Shown one piece after another: positions 15,097-24,335 of a stretch of 37,611 nucleotides of DNA. Location of the stretch: positions 2,436 through 40,046 of the forward strand of contig JBBTUK010000014.1 of assembly GCA_038063775.1 (NCBI GenBank), written 5' to 3'. The DNA comes from Patescibacteria group bacterium (GTDB lineage: Bacteria > Patescibacteriota > Minisyncoccia > Moranbacterales > UBA2206). Position 1 is the first letter of the stretch; each line of letters starts with the position of its first letter. A program made the translations under genes and the position numbers. The notes beneath the pieces are model-generated. The model saw only the letters and a program-made list of their open reading frames with translations, did no database searches and was not told the origin of the DNA.

Positions 15097-16962
15097 TTAA
15101 TCCGTCCTTTCCTTATTTTCTTTAATCAGCCTTCTCACCTCGTCCAAATTAACTTGCGGTTTTTTTCTCTGAGTCTTGAATTTTTTCGGAGCGATATGAG
15201 ACATTTGGTTCAGACTCATTGTTTTTTCTCTGGGCACGTAAGCAACAACTTCCGAATACCTTTTCTCCCTATTGATTTTTTTAAACTCATTGTCGCGGAT
15301 AATATTTTTCGGCGCATCTTTCGTGTTTTTGTTTTGCAGCGCTTCATTTCTAGTGCGCGCCATCGCCCTTTGATAATCCTTCAAACATTCCTTGCAAAAA
15401 GCGGGTCTTTTTGGATCCGGCTTGAAAGGAACGGTTATTGGCTGTTCGCAGGTAGCGCAAATCGCTTCGTATTTTTCCTCCCTCTTAACGGCGACGGCTG
15501 GACTTTGAAATACCTCCGCATCCGGAACCGATTTAGAACCAGCTTCTGCCGCTTTTGATTTAGCTTGATTTTTCGCCTGGATTATTCTTTGGGGGGCAGG
15601 CTGATCATAAGGCGTTTTTTCCACGTTATCTTCCGGAACAGCGCTTTTCGTCTCCACAGAAACAGGTTTGCTGATGAACATTCCACTCCAGCGTTCGATT
15701 TTTTCTTCAATTTCCGCCCGGCTTTGTCCATATCTTTCGCGTGAAATGCGGATAATTTTTTCGCCGTTTTCCTCAGTATCGCTCAAATCCGGCGGCGGAA
15801 GAGTTGTAGCGGAAAAAGCATCTCCGGCTATGCCGTCAATCATAAGCTTCAGATAAATGTGGAACTTGGTCAGGTTTACCAGGTCATTGATCAAAAAAAC
15901 TGGCTCGAATTCTTTTTCCAGAAATTCCGCGTCTTCCGCTCCCACCCGGAAGGCAACCAGTGTTCCCACATTGCCGAACACGGCATCGCGCACGGTTGTG
16001 TTATTATCAAAAACAAGCTGGTTGATATATTGGTGAGCCAAGGTAAGATTCAGATGGTATTTTCTGGCTTCCGACAAAATATTGGCAAACGATTCAGTCA
16101 CAAAATTTTGAAATTCATCCACGTGCAGATAAAAGTCCTTTCGTTTCTCCTCGGGCATATCCACCCGCCCCATAGCCGCCAATTGAATTTTGGTAACGAT
16201 CATTCCGCCTAAAAGCCGCATAGCATCCTCGCCGATCCTTCCTTTCGATAAATTGACTATCAAAATTTTTTGATTATCCATAATATCGCGCATATCAATG
16301 GTGGATTTCGGCTGTCCGACAATGTGCCTGATAAGCGAAGAAGAAAGGAATTGCCCGACCTTGTTTTGAATCGCCGCTACCGCTTCTTTCCGAAAGCGGT
16401 CCTCCCATTTGTCAAACTCGTTTATCCAGAATGACTTAACCACGGGGTCTTTGATCAGCGGATATACTCGCTTTCGATAATCTTTGTCCGACATCATCCG
16501 GTTGACCCCGAGCATGGTCGAGCCCGGATAATCGAGAAGGGCTAGGATGGTATTGTTTAAAATATATTCCATTCGGGCGCTCCATACGTCTGGCCATAGT
16601 TTTTTGAACACGCCCATCATTCCAGAAGCCACCAAATTTTTTTTGCTTTCATCCACCGCCTCTAAAATATTAAAAGCGATCGGATATTCCGAATCGGCCG
16701 GATTGAAATATATCACATCATTTATCCGATGGTTGGGCACAGCTTTCAGCATTTTCTCCGCGGATTCTCCGTGCGGATCGATAAAACAAACGCCTGCTCC
16801 ACTTCTGATATCCTGGATGGCCATATTTTCCAAAAGATTGGTTTTGCCCATACCGGTTTTACCGATGACATAGACATGGCGCCGGCGGTCGTCTCTTTTA
16901 ATGCCAAAATTTCTTTCCTGATTCCTGAAATTGGTTTTTGCGAAAAAAGTGATGGTTTGCAT
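15097..16962 (-). CDS. VirD4/TraG coupling-protein-like (HerA/FtsK superfamily) ATPase with C-terminal CxxC-x17-CxxC domain
   Basis: RRRHVYVIGKTGMGKT (Walker A), FIDPHG, LHVDEFQNF (Walker B), EARKY, AHQY; C-terminal CATCEQPITVPFKPDPKRPAFCKEC. Confidence 0.88.
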   Translation of the reverse strand: MQTITFFAKTNFRNQERNFGIKRDDRRRHVYVIGKTGMGKTNLLENMAIQDIRSGAGVCFIDPHGESAEKMLKAVPNHRINDVIYFNPADSEYPIAFNILEAVDESKKNLVASGMMGVFKKLWPDVWSARMEYILNNTILALLDYPGSTMLGVNRMMSDKDYRKRVYPLIKDPVVKSFWINEFDKWEDRFRKEAVAAIQNKVGQFLSSSLIRHIVGQPKSTIDMRDIMDNQKILIVNLSKGRIGEDAMRLLGGMIVTKIQLAAMGRVDMPEEKRKDFYLHVDEFQNFVTESFANILSEARKYHLNLTLAHQYINQLVFDNNTTVRDAVFGNVGTLVAFRVGAEDAEFLEKEFEPVFLINDLVNLTKFHIYLKLMIDGIAGDAFSATTLPPPDLSDTEENGEKIIRISRERYGQSRAEIEEKIERWSGMFISKPVSVETKSAVPEDNVEKTPYDQPAPQRIIQAKNQAKSKAAEAGSKSVPDAEVFQSPAVAVKREEKYEAICATCEQPITVPFKPDPKRPAFCKECLKDYQRAMARTRNEALQNKNTKDAPKNIIRDNEFKKINREKRYSEVVAYVPREKTMSLNQMSHIAPKKFKTQRKKPQVNLDEVRRLIKENKERTD

Positions 16963-16983
16963 ATAAAAATTAAGGTTTCTGAA

Positions 16984-18234
16984 TTATTGCACCGGTAAAT
17001 TAGCGGGAGCAGCTCCTTTTTTCGATTCTACCCTCGTTACAGCCGGAGTTTTAACCCCCATATCGGGAAAGTGCCAGACCGTAGCTAATTCTGAAGTGGA
17101 AAAAACAAATTTTTTCCCCGTCGTATCCCGTTCTTTGTATCTTTTATAAATTTTTCTCTTCCTCATTTGCAGCCTTTGGTCCACCGCGACAAAATTCGCG
17201 TAAGTTTTGCTCTGGTTTTCCGGCTTAAGACTGTTCAAGTTCAAATCATTAAATTGCCTCAGGGCACCAAAAAAAGCCGAGACAAAGGACTTGTCAAAGC
17301 CCTCTTTCCGGCCCAGATAAAGCACTCGCATTTTTATTTTAAAGGCGTTTTTTCCCAAATTTTCTTCGACCGCTTTCAGTTGATCCTTTTCCCCCGGCGT
17401 GAGCCTGAATTCAAGAGGCTGCTCCTCTTTTTTATCCGCTTTGGCAAATTCAACCGGACCGGACATGGCCTTAAACAAATTAGCAAGCACATCCATAAGG
17501 TCCGCGAAAAAACCTTTTTCCCCGTTGCTAATCCTGCCCGCCAATTTCTGGACGAGCTTCATTTCGTCCTCTCTCCACTTTTCCGGCAAAGGTCGAGTGA
17601 CTATCTGCAACCAGATATTCTGTCCAGGCGGCAAAGTTCCCATTGTCTCTACAAAAGCGGCTATCGGGTCAATCATCGTTCCGGTAATGGATTCCTCAAA
17701 TTTGTCATAAGTGCGAATTGGGTAAGGATCAGGCATAGCTAATTCCAGATCCGATCCCCATAAATCCCAATTCTTATTGGGAATGACCTTGGGAAAATTT
17801 TTGGTATAATCCTCCACTTCCACCACTTGGGCGTCCGGATACTGCGCGTAAACCTGAGCCTCGATCAGATTCCTGAACTTGGTCTGGGTGCGAATATAAA
17901 AATGGGCTTCTCCACCTGAACCCACAAGTTCAAAACTGAAAACATCAGTCAGCACACCCTTTAAAAATTCTTCAAACACGTTGAAGGCAACCACTACGCC
18001 GACCAGCCCCTGGTAAATTGATTCCATCGGCTTAGGCCCTTTTTCCAAGTCTTTCGGCGGTATGACTTCCAAAAGTGTCCAGCTAAGCGATTGTAGCCAG
18101 GCTTTTTGAACAAAATCCATCCACAGGAACTTGAACAAATAATAAAAGACCACTGGGAAAACAATCCACCAAAAATGGTAAAATACTTGCCCAAAGGTCT
18201 TATAAGCTTGAACTATTTCCTGTAAGATGTTCAT
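16984..18234 (-). CDS. Membrane-anchored partner of the coupling-protein-like ATPase, function unknown
   Basis: N-terminal TM, then LLEVIPP, FSFEL, AQYPDAQV, YPIRTY, ELATVWHFP; lies directly upstream of the ATPase. Confidence 0.75.
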   Translation of the reverse strand: MNILQEIVQAYKTFGQVFYHFWWIVFPVVFYYLFKFLWMDFVQKAWLQSLSWTLLEVIPPKDLEKGPKPMESIYQGLVGVVVAFNVFEEFLKGVLTDVFSFELVGSGGEAHFYIRTQTKFRNLIEAQVYAQYPDAQVVEVEDYTKNFPKVIPNKNWDLWGSDLELAMPDPYPIRTYDKFEESITGTMIDPIAAFVETMGTLPPGQNIWLQIVTRPLPEKWREDEMKLVQKLAGRISNGEKGFFADLMDVLANLFKAMSGPVEFAKADKKEEQPLEFRLTPGEKDQLKAVEENLGKNAFKIKMRVLYLGRKEGFDKSFVSAFFGALRQFNDLNLNSLKPENQSKTYANFVAVDQRLQMRKRKIYKRYKERDTTGKKFVFSTSELATVWHFPDMGVKTPAVTRVESKKGAAPANLPVQ

Positions 18235-18354
18235 TTTTTAAATTTTCAATTTCGCCGAAATCGTTGATTTCGCAACAAAATTGAAGCCCCGCGCTAATTC
18301 TAAACAAAATCCTATGAATTGTCTTTCGCAGCCGCAGGTAAGGCGCGCACCAAT

Positions 18355-19449
18355 CTAAACATTTCTCAAAATTCTATGGGAATCAGTTCTCACCGAATAC
18401 AAATTGTTCTGTTTAACGAATAGCTTGTCATTGCTTAAATTAATCAAAACTGTCGCTTTTTTAACTTGCCTAACTTTTGAAACTTCCCGAAAAATTTCTT
18501 CCTTGCTTAAAAATTTTTTGTTTTTTCTGAAAATTCTTTCTAGAACATCGCGGATGGTTCCGGCGTAATAGCCCCATTCTTTAAGCGCGTATATCCCTCT
18601 GCCAATCAGAACAAACCGGTCGTTTTTTATAAGTTCATTGTGAATTGTTTGGATGTGAGCTTTTCTTTTGCTTAAACCGTATTCGTCTATAAGTTTGGCT
18701 ATTTGCGTGAAATGCAATGGCGTTTTCTTTTCCTTAAAAATCGCATAGATCCTCTCGCGCGTTCCCTTGGGATTAATTTCAGCCCAGTCCGCCATTCCCC
18801 ATTTTCCAAATTTATTTTTTTCAATGCCGGACAAAACTTTCAGATAATTCAGAATCTCTTCTCCGGGTAAATCTTGCCTGGAACCCGCGATTGCTTTGAT
18901 AATTTCCTTGTCAGTGAGCAGTTTCTTTTCTTTTTTTAGAATTTCTTGCGCCATTAAGGCGACTTCTTTCACTTTTTCTATCTTTTTCTTGTTCACCACC
19001 CAGGATTCATGAATGCTTTCTTCTTCAACCGCAAAAATTTTGCTTGAACATTCGTATAAAAAAATTAAGGCATTAGCTTCGCGGTAATCACCCGCGCTTA
19101 ATATTTCAATGATCTCTGACTTTTTGATTATACCATTATTTGCCTCGATTGTAAAAATAATCTCATCTTCCGCTTTTTTGAAACCCGGCTCATTTCTTTT
19201 TAGGGAAATTTTTTTCACGACATCGGTAATTATCTGGCGTATTCTTTCCCGAGTTATGCCGTAATCGGTGCCGATTTTTTCCAGGGTTTGCGGTTTCGCC
19301 TGAAACAAGCCGAAGCGTTTTTTGACTATTTCTTGCGATCTTTGCGGCAAATCCGCCAGCAGCTCGGAGGCTGCGGCAAAAAAATCGTAATTTTTTTCCT
19401 GTTTTCTTTGAGTTATTCCATTTTTTTGCAGTTGAATGCCGCCTTCCAT
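18355..19449 (-). CDS. Sigma70 region-4-like HTH protein with winged-helix/HARE-HTH (RNAP delta N-terminal-like) domains
   Basis: RFGL...TLEKIGTDYGITRERIRQI; PLHFTQI...TIHNELIKNDRFVLIGRGIYALKEWG; no sigma region 2. Confidence 0.8.
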   Translation of the reverse strand: MEGGIQLQKNGITQRKQEKNYDFFAAASELLADLPQRSQEIVKKRFGLFQAKPQTLEKIGTDYGITRERIRQIITDVVKKISLKRNEPGFKKAEDEIIFTIEANNGIIKKSEIIEILSAGDYREANALIFLYECSSKIFAVEEESIHESWVVNKKKIEKVKEVALMAQEILKKEKKLLTDKEIIKAIAGSRQDLPGEEILNYLKVLSGIEKNKFGKWGMADWAEINPKGTRERIYAIFKEKKTPLHFTQIAKLIDEYGLSKRKAHIQTIHNELIKNDRFVLIGRGIYALKEWGYYAGTIRDVLERIFRKNKKFLSKEEIFREVSKVRQVKKATVLINLSNDKLFVKQNNLYSVRTDSHRILRNV

Positions 19450-19487
19450 AAATTATGTCTGAAACTGCTTAATTTTTAGGTCAAATC

Positions 19488-19517
19488 ATATTAGCACATA
19501 CGGGGTATTTTTGTCAA
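19488..19517 (-). promoter_or_regulatory. Sigma70-type promoter with extended -10
   Basis: Minus strand TTGACA-18 bp-TAATAT with TGn before the -10. Confidence 0.7.
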
Positions 19518-19544
19518 GGGTTGACGGTAAATTTGCGAACAAAC

Positions 19545-19577
19545 AAAAAAAACCTGCCGACGCTGGCAGATTTTTTG
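19545..19577 (-). terminator. Intrinsic terminator after mltG
   Basis: ctgcc...ggcag stem flanked by A8 and T tracts. Confidence 0.65.
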
Positions 19578-19602
19578 TAAACATACTTTATTTGCACAAA
19601 TA

Positions 19603-20610
19603 TCAAAGTCCGTATTTAACCTTGTTGGCATTGTGCTCTTCAAGAGTACTGGAAAAAATCGTCTGGCCGGTTTCCGGGTCGCTTAGGTAATAATTGTAAT
19701 CGGAGTCTTTGGGATAAATCACCGCCTTGATTGCATCAAGTCCCGGATTATCGATCGGTCCGGGCGGCAAGCCTTTATTAAGATAAGTGTTGTAGGGCGA
19801 AAGCGTGCGCGTGTCCTCAAATGAATACTGCTTCTTTTTTATTCCGAGTATGTAAGCGATGGTTATGTCGCTTTGGAGAGCCTGACCATTTTTGATCCTG
19901 TTCCAGTAGATCCCGCTTACGATAGTCCTGTCATCCGGAGTTTTAACTTCCATTTCTACGATGCTCGCCATCGTAAGAATATCCGAGATTGATTTGCCCT
20001 GGTTTTTTATGGCTTCTCGCGCTTCCGCGGTTAATTTTTGGTCTAAATTATCCAGCATTTTTTGAACGATGCCTTCCGCTCCTATGTCTTTGGCAAAAAA
20101 ATATGTATCGGGAAACAAGAAGCCTTCCAGGCTTTTTATATTTTTTAAATAATCAAAGTCTCTGATAGGTCTTTCTGGCGGATTTTGAGCTATCTTTAAA
20201 AATTCTTCTCCGGGAAAACCGTTAGCCGAAAGTCTTTCGGCCATTTTTTTGCTGTCCCAGCCTTCAGGAAAAGTTATCTTGACATAGCCCGGCAGAATAT
20301 TTTCTTCATTGGTTATCAGCACGGCTATTTCCGGAATGGTCATATTGCCGTTAAGCTGGTATTTACCGGGCAGAATTTTATTAAGCAGGCCATGCGACCG
20401 GAGATAATAATAAAAATAAACTTTCCCGGAAACCAGTCCGGCTGTTTTTAGCTTTTCCGCTACCGCACCGTTGCCTTCCCCTTTCACAATTTCCAAAATT
20501 TTATCCTGTCTGGCGCTGCCACGGGAAAAATAAACCTCGTAACGAAAATAAAAAAGCCCGCCCAGGAGGGCAGCGGTTATGACCAGAATTATAATTATTT
20601 TTTTTGCCAT
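19603..20610 (-). CDS. mltG: Endolytic transglycosylase MltG
   Basis: N-terminal TM, ITFPEG, LEGFLFPDTY, ASIVEME, SPYNTY...GLPPGPIDNPG. Confidence 0.95.
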   Translation of the reverse strand: MAKKIIIILVITAALLGGLFYFRYEVYFSRGSARQDKILEIVKGEGNGAVAEKLKTAGLVSGKVYFYYYLRSHGLLNKILPGKYQLNGNMTIPEIAVLITNEENILPGYVKITFPEGWDSKKMAERLSANGFPGEEFLKIAQNPPERPIRDFDYLKNIKSLEGFLFPDTYFFAKDIGAEGIVQKMLDNLDQKLTAEAREAIKNQGKSISDILTMASIVEMEVKTPDDRTIVSGIYWNRIKNGQALQSDITIAYILGIKKKQYSFEDTRTLSPYNTYLNKGLPPGPIDNPGLDAIKAVIYPKDSDYNYYLSDPETGQTIFSSTLEEHNANKVKYGL

Positions 20611-20664
20611 TTTTTCTGGGAAACTGTGGTCCGAAACAAATTTATCGTGATTAGCTGCTGGGCA

Positions 20665-21312
20665 CTATTTATTTTCGTTAATCAAGGGAACAAAACTGAA
20701 TCCCGGAAATTCCTCCTGAAAAAATTCTTGCTCGCTTTTTTTCTCCAGATAAAAAATGCTGTTTCTTACCGGCAGGACCATCTTGCCGCCGATTTTCAAC
20801 TGATCTTTGAGCGGCTGGGGTATGCTTGGAGAAGAGGCGGAAACCAAAATACGGTCAAAAGGCGCTTTTTGCGGCAAACCCCGGCTTCCGTCCGCAAGAT
20901 AAAATTCGGCTATACCTCTTCCAACATAATTGTATTTATCAACATTTTTTTTCCCGCGCTCCATCAGTTCCTTTATTCTTTCGACCGCGATTACCTTGCC
21001 CGCCTTTCCGACTATTTCTGCCAGAAGAGCCGTTGTCCAGCCGGAACCCATCCCCACATCCAGAATTATTTGACCATCTCGAGGATCGAGCAATTCCAGC
21101 ATAAAAGCAACAGTCAATGGCTGGGAAATTGTCTGGCCATATCCTATAGGAAGCGCTACATCAACATCTGCTTGCGATTCCATGTCATCCGTCACAAACT
21201 CAACCCGATTAACTTTGGAAAAAGCATCAATGATGGAATCTGATTTGAGGTAACCGTTTTTTATCAAATCGCTTATTAATTTATTCACTCCGTTAAAATT
21301 TAACACTAACAT
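20665..21312 (-). CDS. pcm: Protein-L-isoaspartate O-methyltransferase
   Basis: LPIGYGQTISQP, LDVGMGSGW, APFDRI, QLKIGGKMVLPV, FVPL. Confidence 0.93.
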   Translation of the reverse strand: MLVLNFNGVNKLISDLIKNGYLKSDSIIDAFSKVNRVEFVTDDMESQADVDVALPIGYGQTISQPLTVAFMLELLDPRDGQIILDVGMGSGWTTALLAEIVGKAGKVIAVERIKELMERGKKNVDKYNYVGRGIAEFYLADGSRGLPQKAPFDRILVSASSPSIPQPLKDQLKIGGKMVLPVRNSIFYLEKKSEQEFFQEEFPGFSFVPLINENK

Positions 21313-21412
21313 TAAAAAATGATAGTGAAAATTGTAAAAAATTATTAGAATTAACCGGCCGGCTAGGCGCGCATAAAAGGATATTGCGGCCTATAAAAAT
21401 TCCCAGTGGGGT

Positions 21413-21856
21413 TTATATTCCCATAATTTGGACGACGATTTCCCTGTTTCGGGCGCCATCCATCTCGGCTAAAAATATGCATTGCCTTTCAGTCAGAATC
21501 ATTTTGCCTTTTTCGATCGGCAAAGTTTCACTTACTCCTCCCACCAGCATGCTTTTGCAGTGCGAATGTCCGTTGCTCCGGCCATCGGAAGTCCTGCCCC
21601 GGCTAATTTCAAACAAATCGTGGGCATAATTGTTATTTACCGGAACTATCCGATAAAGCACTTTCATAAAGTCTTGAATTAACATAGGTTCATTGTGATT
21701 AACCACAATGCTGGCGGTGGTATGCGGCGAATAAACCAGCACCTGCCCTTCTCTGATGCCGGAATTGCTAATAATCTCCGCGACCTTGTCGGTTATATTG
21801 ATAAATTCGGTCTGGCTGGTGCTTTTAACTTGAATTTTTTTGTTGTATATTTTCAT
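21413..21856 (-). CDS. yjbQ: YjbQ/UPF0047 family protein
   Basis: HTTASIVVN, YAHD, NGHSH, IFLAEMDG. Confidence 0.88.
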   Translation of the reverse strand: MKIYNKKIQVKSTSQTEFINITDKVAEIISNSGIREGQVLVYSPHTTASIVVNHNEPMLIQDFMKVLYRIVPVNNNYAHDLFEISRGRTSDGRSNGHSHCKSMLVGGVSETLPIEKGKMILTERQCIFLAEMDGARNREIVVQIMGI

Positions 21857-21877
21857 TTTATTTTTTGACGCTTCGCG

Positions 21878-23050
21878 TCATTTTTTAAATACCTTCGAAA
21901 CCGCTTTCACCGCGGCTGGATCCAGCGCTTCTGATATTATCTTATCAGAGGAAGGATTTTTTATCAAACTGGCAATGGCTTGAGCCGCTTTCAGCTTATG
22001 CATATCAGTTACTTGCTTGATATTGTTGTCTAAAACTCCGCGAAAAACCCCGGGGAAAGCCAGGACATTGTTCAATTGATTGGGATAATCCGACCGACCG
22101 GTTGCAATCACCGCCGCTCCGCCTTTTCGCGCTTCTTCGGGCATAATTTCAGAGATTGGATTTGCCATCGCAAAAATGATCGGGCGCCGGTTCATTTTTA
22201 GAATGTCTTCCTTTTTTAGCAAGTTCGGGGCAGAAACTCCGATAAAAACGTCCGCCCCGCGGAGCGCCTCGGCTAGCGTGCCTTTGATATTTTCCGGATT
22301 AGTCAGGCGCGCGATTTTCATTTTTGATTTATTGAGGCCTCCCGTCCTTTCCTGGAAAATTATGCCCTGCCTGTCAACCAAAATAATATTGCACACTCCG
22401 TACTTTATCAGCAATTTTGCAATAGCGACTCCAGCCGCGCCCGCACCGGAAATCACCAGCTTAATTTTTCGCGCGTTTTTTTTGACAACCTTCAGCGCAT
22501 TGATAAGTCCGGCCAAGACGACAATGGCCGTGCCGTGCTGGTCGTCGTGAAAAACGGGAATGTCCAGTTCTTTTTCCAATCTCTCTTCAATTTCAAAACA
22601 GCGCGGCGCGGAAATATCTTCCAAATTAATTCCACCAAATGTCGGCGCGATGGCTTTGACTATTTTGATGATTTCTTCTGTGTCTTGCGTCGCCAGAACG
22701 ATCGGAAACGCATCCACTCCGGCCAATTCTTTAAACAAAAGGGCTTTGCCTTCCATCACCGGGAGCGCCGCTTCCGGACCTAGATTGCCCAAGCCCAAAA
22801 CGGCCGAGCCATCAGAGACGATTGCTACCGTGTTCTTGCGGATGGTATATTCAAAAGAAAGTTTTTTATTCTTGGCAATAGCCATGGAGACTTCGGCCAC
22901 GCCCGGCGTATATAAAATAGGCAAGCTTTTTTTGGTCAATTTTTGCTTGCTTTTAATCTCGATTTTCCCGCCTCGACTCGCTGAAAAAGTTTCCGCTTGT
23001 CGACGCGAGGCGGACCCGCCGAGTTTTTTAGAGAGCTGAATGGAATCCAT
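21878..23050 (-). CDS. NAD(P)-dependent malic enzyme, short type
   Basis: YTPGVA, GSAVLGLGN, VMEGKA, GGINLEDI, FHDDQHGTA, GAGAAG, ATGRSDYPNQLNN. Confidence 0.95.
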   Translation of the reverse strand: MDSIQLSKKLGGSASRRQAETFSASRGGKIEIKSKQKLTKKSLPILYTPGVAEVSMAIAKNKKLSFEYTIRKNTVAIVSDGSAVLGLGNLGPEAALPVMEGKALLFKELAGVDAFPIVLATQDTEEIIKIVKAIAPTFGGINLEDISAPRCFEIEERLEKELDIPVFHDDQHGTAIVVLAGLINALKVVKKNARKIKLVISGAGAAGVAIAKLLIKYGVCNIILVDRQGIIFQERTGGLNKSKMKIARLTNPENIKGTLAEALRGADVFIGVSAPNLLKKEDILKMNRRPIIFAMANPISEIMPEEARKGGAAVIATGRSDYPNQLNNVLAFPGVFRGVLDNNIKQVTDMHKLKAAQAIASLIKNPSSDKIISEALDPAAVKAVSKVFKK

Positions 23051-23055
23051 AAAAA

Positions 23056-23976
23056 TTATTTCTGCAATTTTAATTTCCGATACACGGACCCGGCCGCAAC
23101 TGCTCCTTCCGCCACGGCAGTGATTATTTGTCTGAATTTATTGGACCCGGTCGTCACATCGCCGGCCGCGTAAACATTGTCCACATTAGTCGCTTGCGTC
23201 TGGTCAACAATGATGTAGCTCTGCTCATCTAGCGCCACTCCTAAATTTTGGGCAATTGCCACGCCCGGCGTTGTTCCGACTTCGATAAAAATACCCTGCA
23301 CATTTAGCTCCCGCATACCCTCTTCCGTATCATATACAATACCGGTTACTTTCTGGTCGCCTTTGATCTCTTTCACATTGGAGCAACGGACCATCTCGAT
23401 CTTAGAATTATGTTTGACTTGCTCTTCCCAGGCCGGTTCAAAACTGTAACTATCCCGATAAAGGAGCGTGACTTTATTGGTAAATTCCGTCAAATGAATC
23501 GCCGCGGTCGCGGCCGCGTCACCGCCACCGACCACTACCACATCTTTTCCGCGAAAAAACATCGCGTCACAAGTGGCGCAGTAAGAAACACCTTTACCGA
23601 TAAATTTGTCCTCGCCCGGAACATTCATCTTGCGCGGCTTCATACCCAACGCTAAAATAATGCTTTTCGATAAATACTTTTCTTCCCCCGCGACAACTTT
23701 GAAGCCTTGCTCCGTTTTCCGGACCGCCGCCACGTCAGACTGGATGATCTGCGCTCCCAGATGATGCGCGTGATATTCAAATTTTTCCATGAGGGTCTTC
23801 CCCGAAATGGAAATTTCTCCCGCCCAATTCTCAATCTCCGAAGCTTCAGCCACCTGCCCTCCGATTTCATTGCCGATGACAAGATGGTCTAATTTATAGC
23901 GCGATGCGTAAATGGAAGCGCCGAGTCCCGCCGGACCGGCACCGATTATGATTAAGTCGTAAATTTTTTCACTCAT
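23056..23976 (-). CDS. trxB: Thioredoxin reductase (start corrected to MSEKIYD)
   Basis: GAGPAG, GVSYCATCD, VVGGGDAA, YAAGDV. Confidence 0.93.
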   Translation of the reverse strand: MSEKIYDLIIIGAGPAGLGASIYASRYKLDHLVIGNEIGGQVAEASEIENWAGEISISGKTLMEKFEYHAHHLGAQIIQSDVAAVRKTEQGFKVVAGEEKYLSKSIILALGMKPRKMNVPGEDKFIGKGVSYCATCDAMFFRGKDVVVVGGGDAAATAAIHLTEFTNKVTLLYRDSYSFEPAWEEQVKHNSKIEMVRCSNVKEIKGDQKVTGIVYDTEEGMRELNVQGIFIEVGTTPGVAIAQNLGVALDEQSYIIVDQTQATNVDNVYAAGDVTTGSNKFRQIITAVAEGAVAAGSVYRKLKLQK

Positions 23977-23980
23977 ATTT

Positions 23981-24301
23981 TTATTGCGCCAATTTATCAA
24001 GCTCGGATTTGATAATTTCTTTCGCCTGCACTCCGACAAACTCTTTGACCACTTTTCCGTCTTTGAAAATCTTGAGGATCGGAATGGACATTATCCCGTA
24101 TTTGGAAGCTGTGTCGGAATTTTCGTCCACATTGAGCTTGCCCACTTTGGCTTTATCCGCAATTTCTTTGGATAATTCGTCAATGATCGGACCCATGACC
24201 TGGCAGGGTCCGCACCAGGGCGCCCAAAAATCAACCAGCACCGGCTTGTCGCTTCTTATCACTTCTTGATCAAAATTTTGATCGGTAAATTCCATTGCCA
24301 T
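23981..24301 (-). CDS. trxA: Thioredoxin
   Basis: DFWAPWCGPC and cis-Pro SIP; 106 aa. Confidence 0.97.
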   Translation of the reverse strand: MAMEFTDQNFDQEVIRSDKPVLVDFWAPWCGPCQVMGPIIDELSKEIADKAKVGKLNVDENSDTASKYGIMSIPILKIFKDGKVVKEFVGVQAKEIIKSELDKLAQ

Positions 24302-24335
24302 GCGTTTAATCTTTAATTATTAATTGTCCTTAAAT

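Noticed and set aside
15097-18234. Integrative conjugative element
   Set aside because: No relaxase, integrase, VirB genes or att sites are visible.
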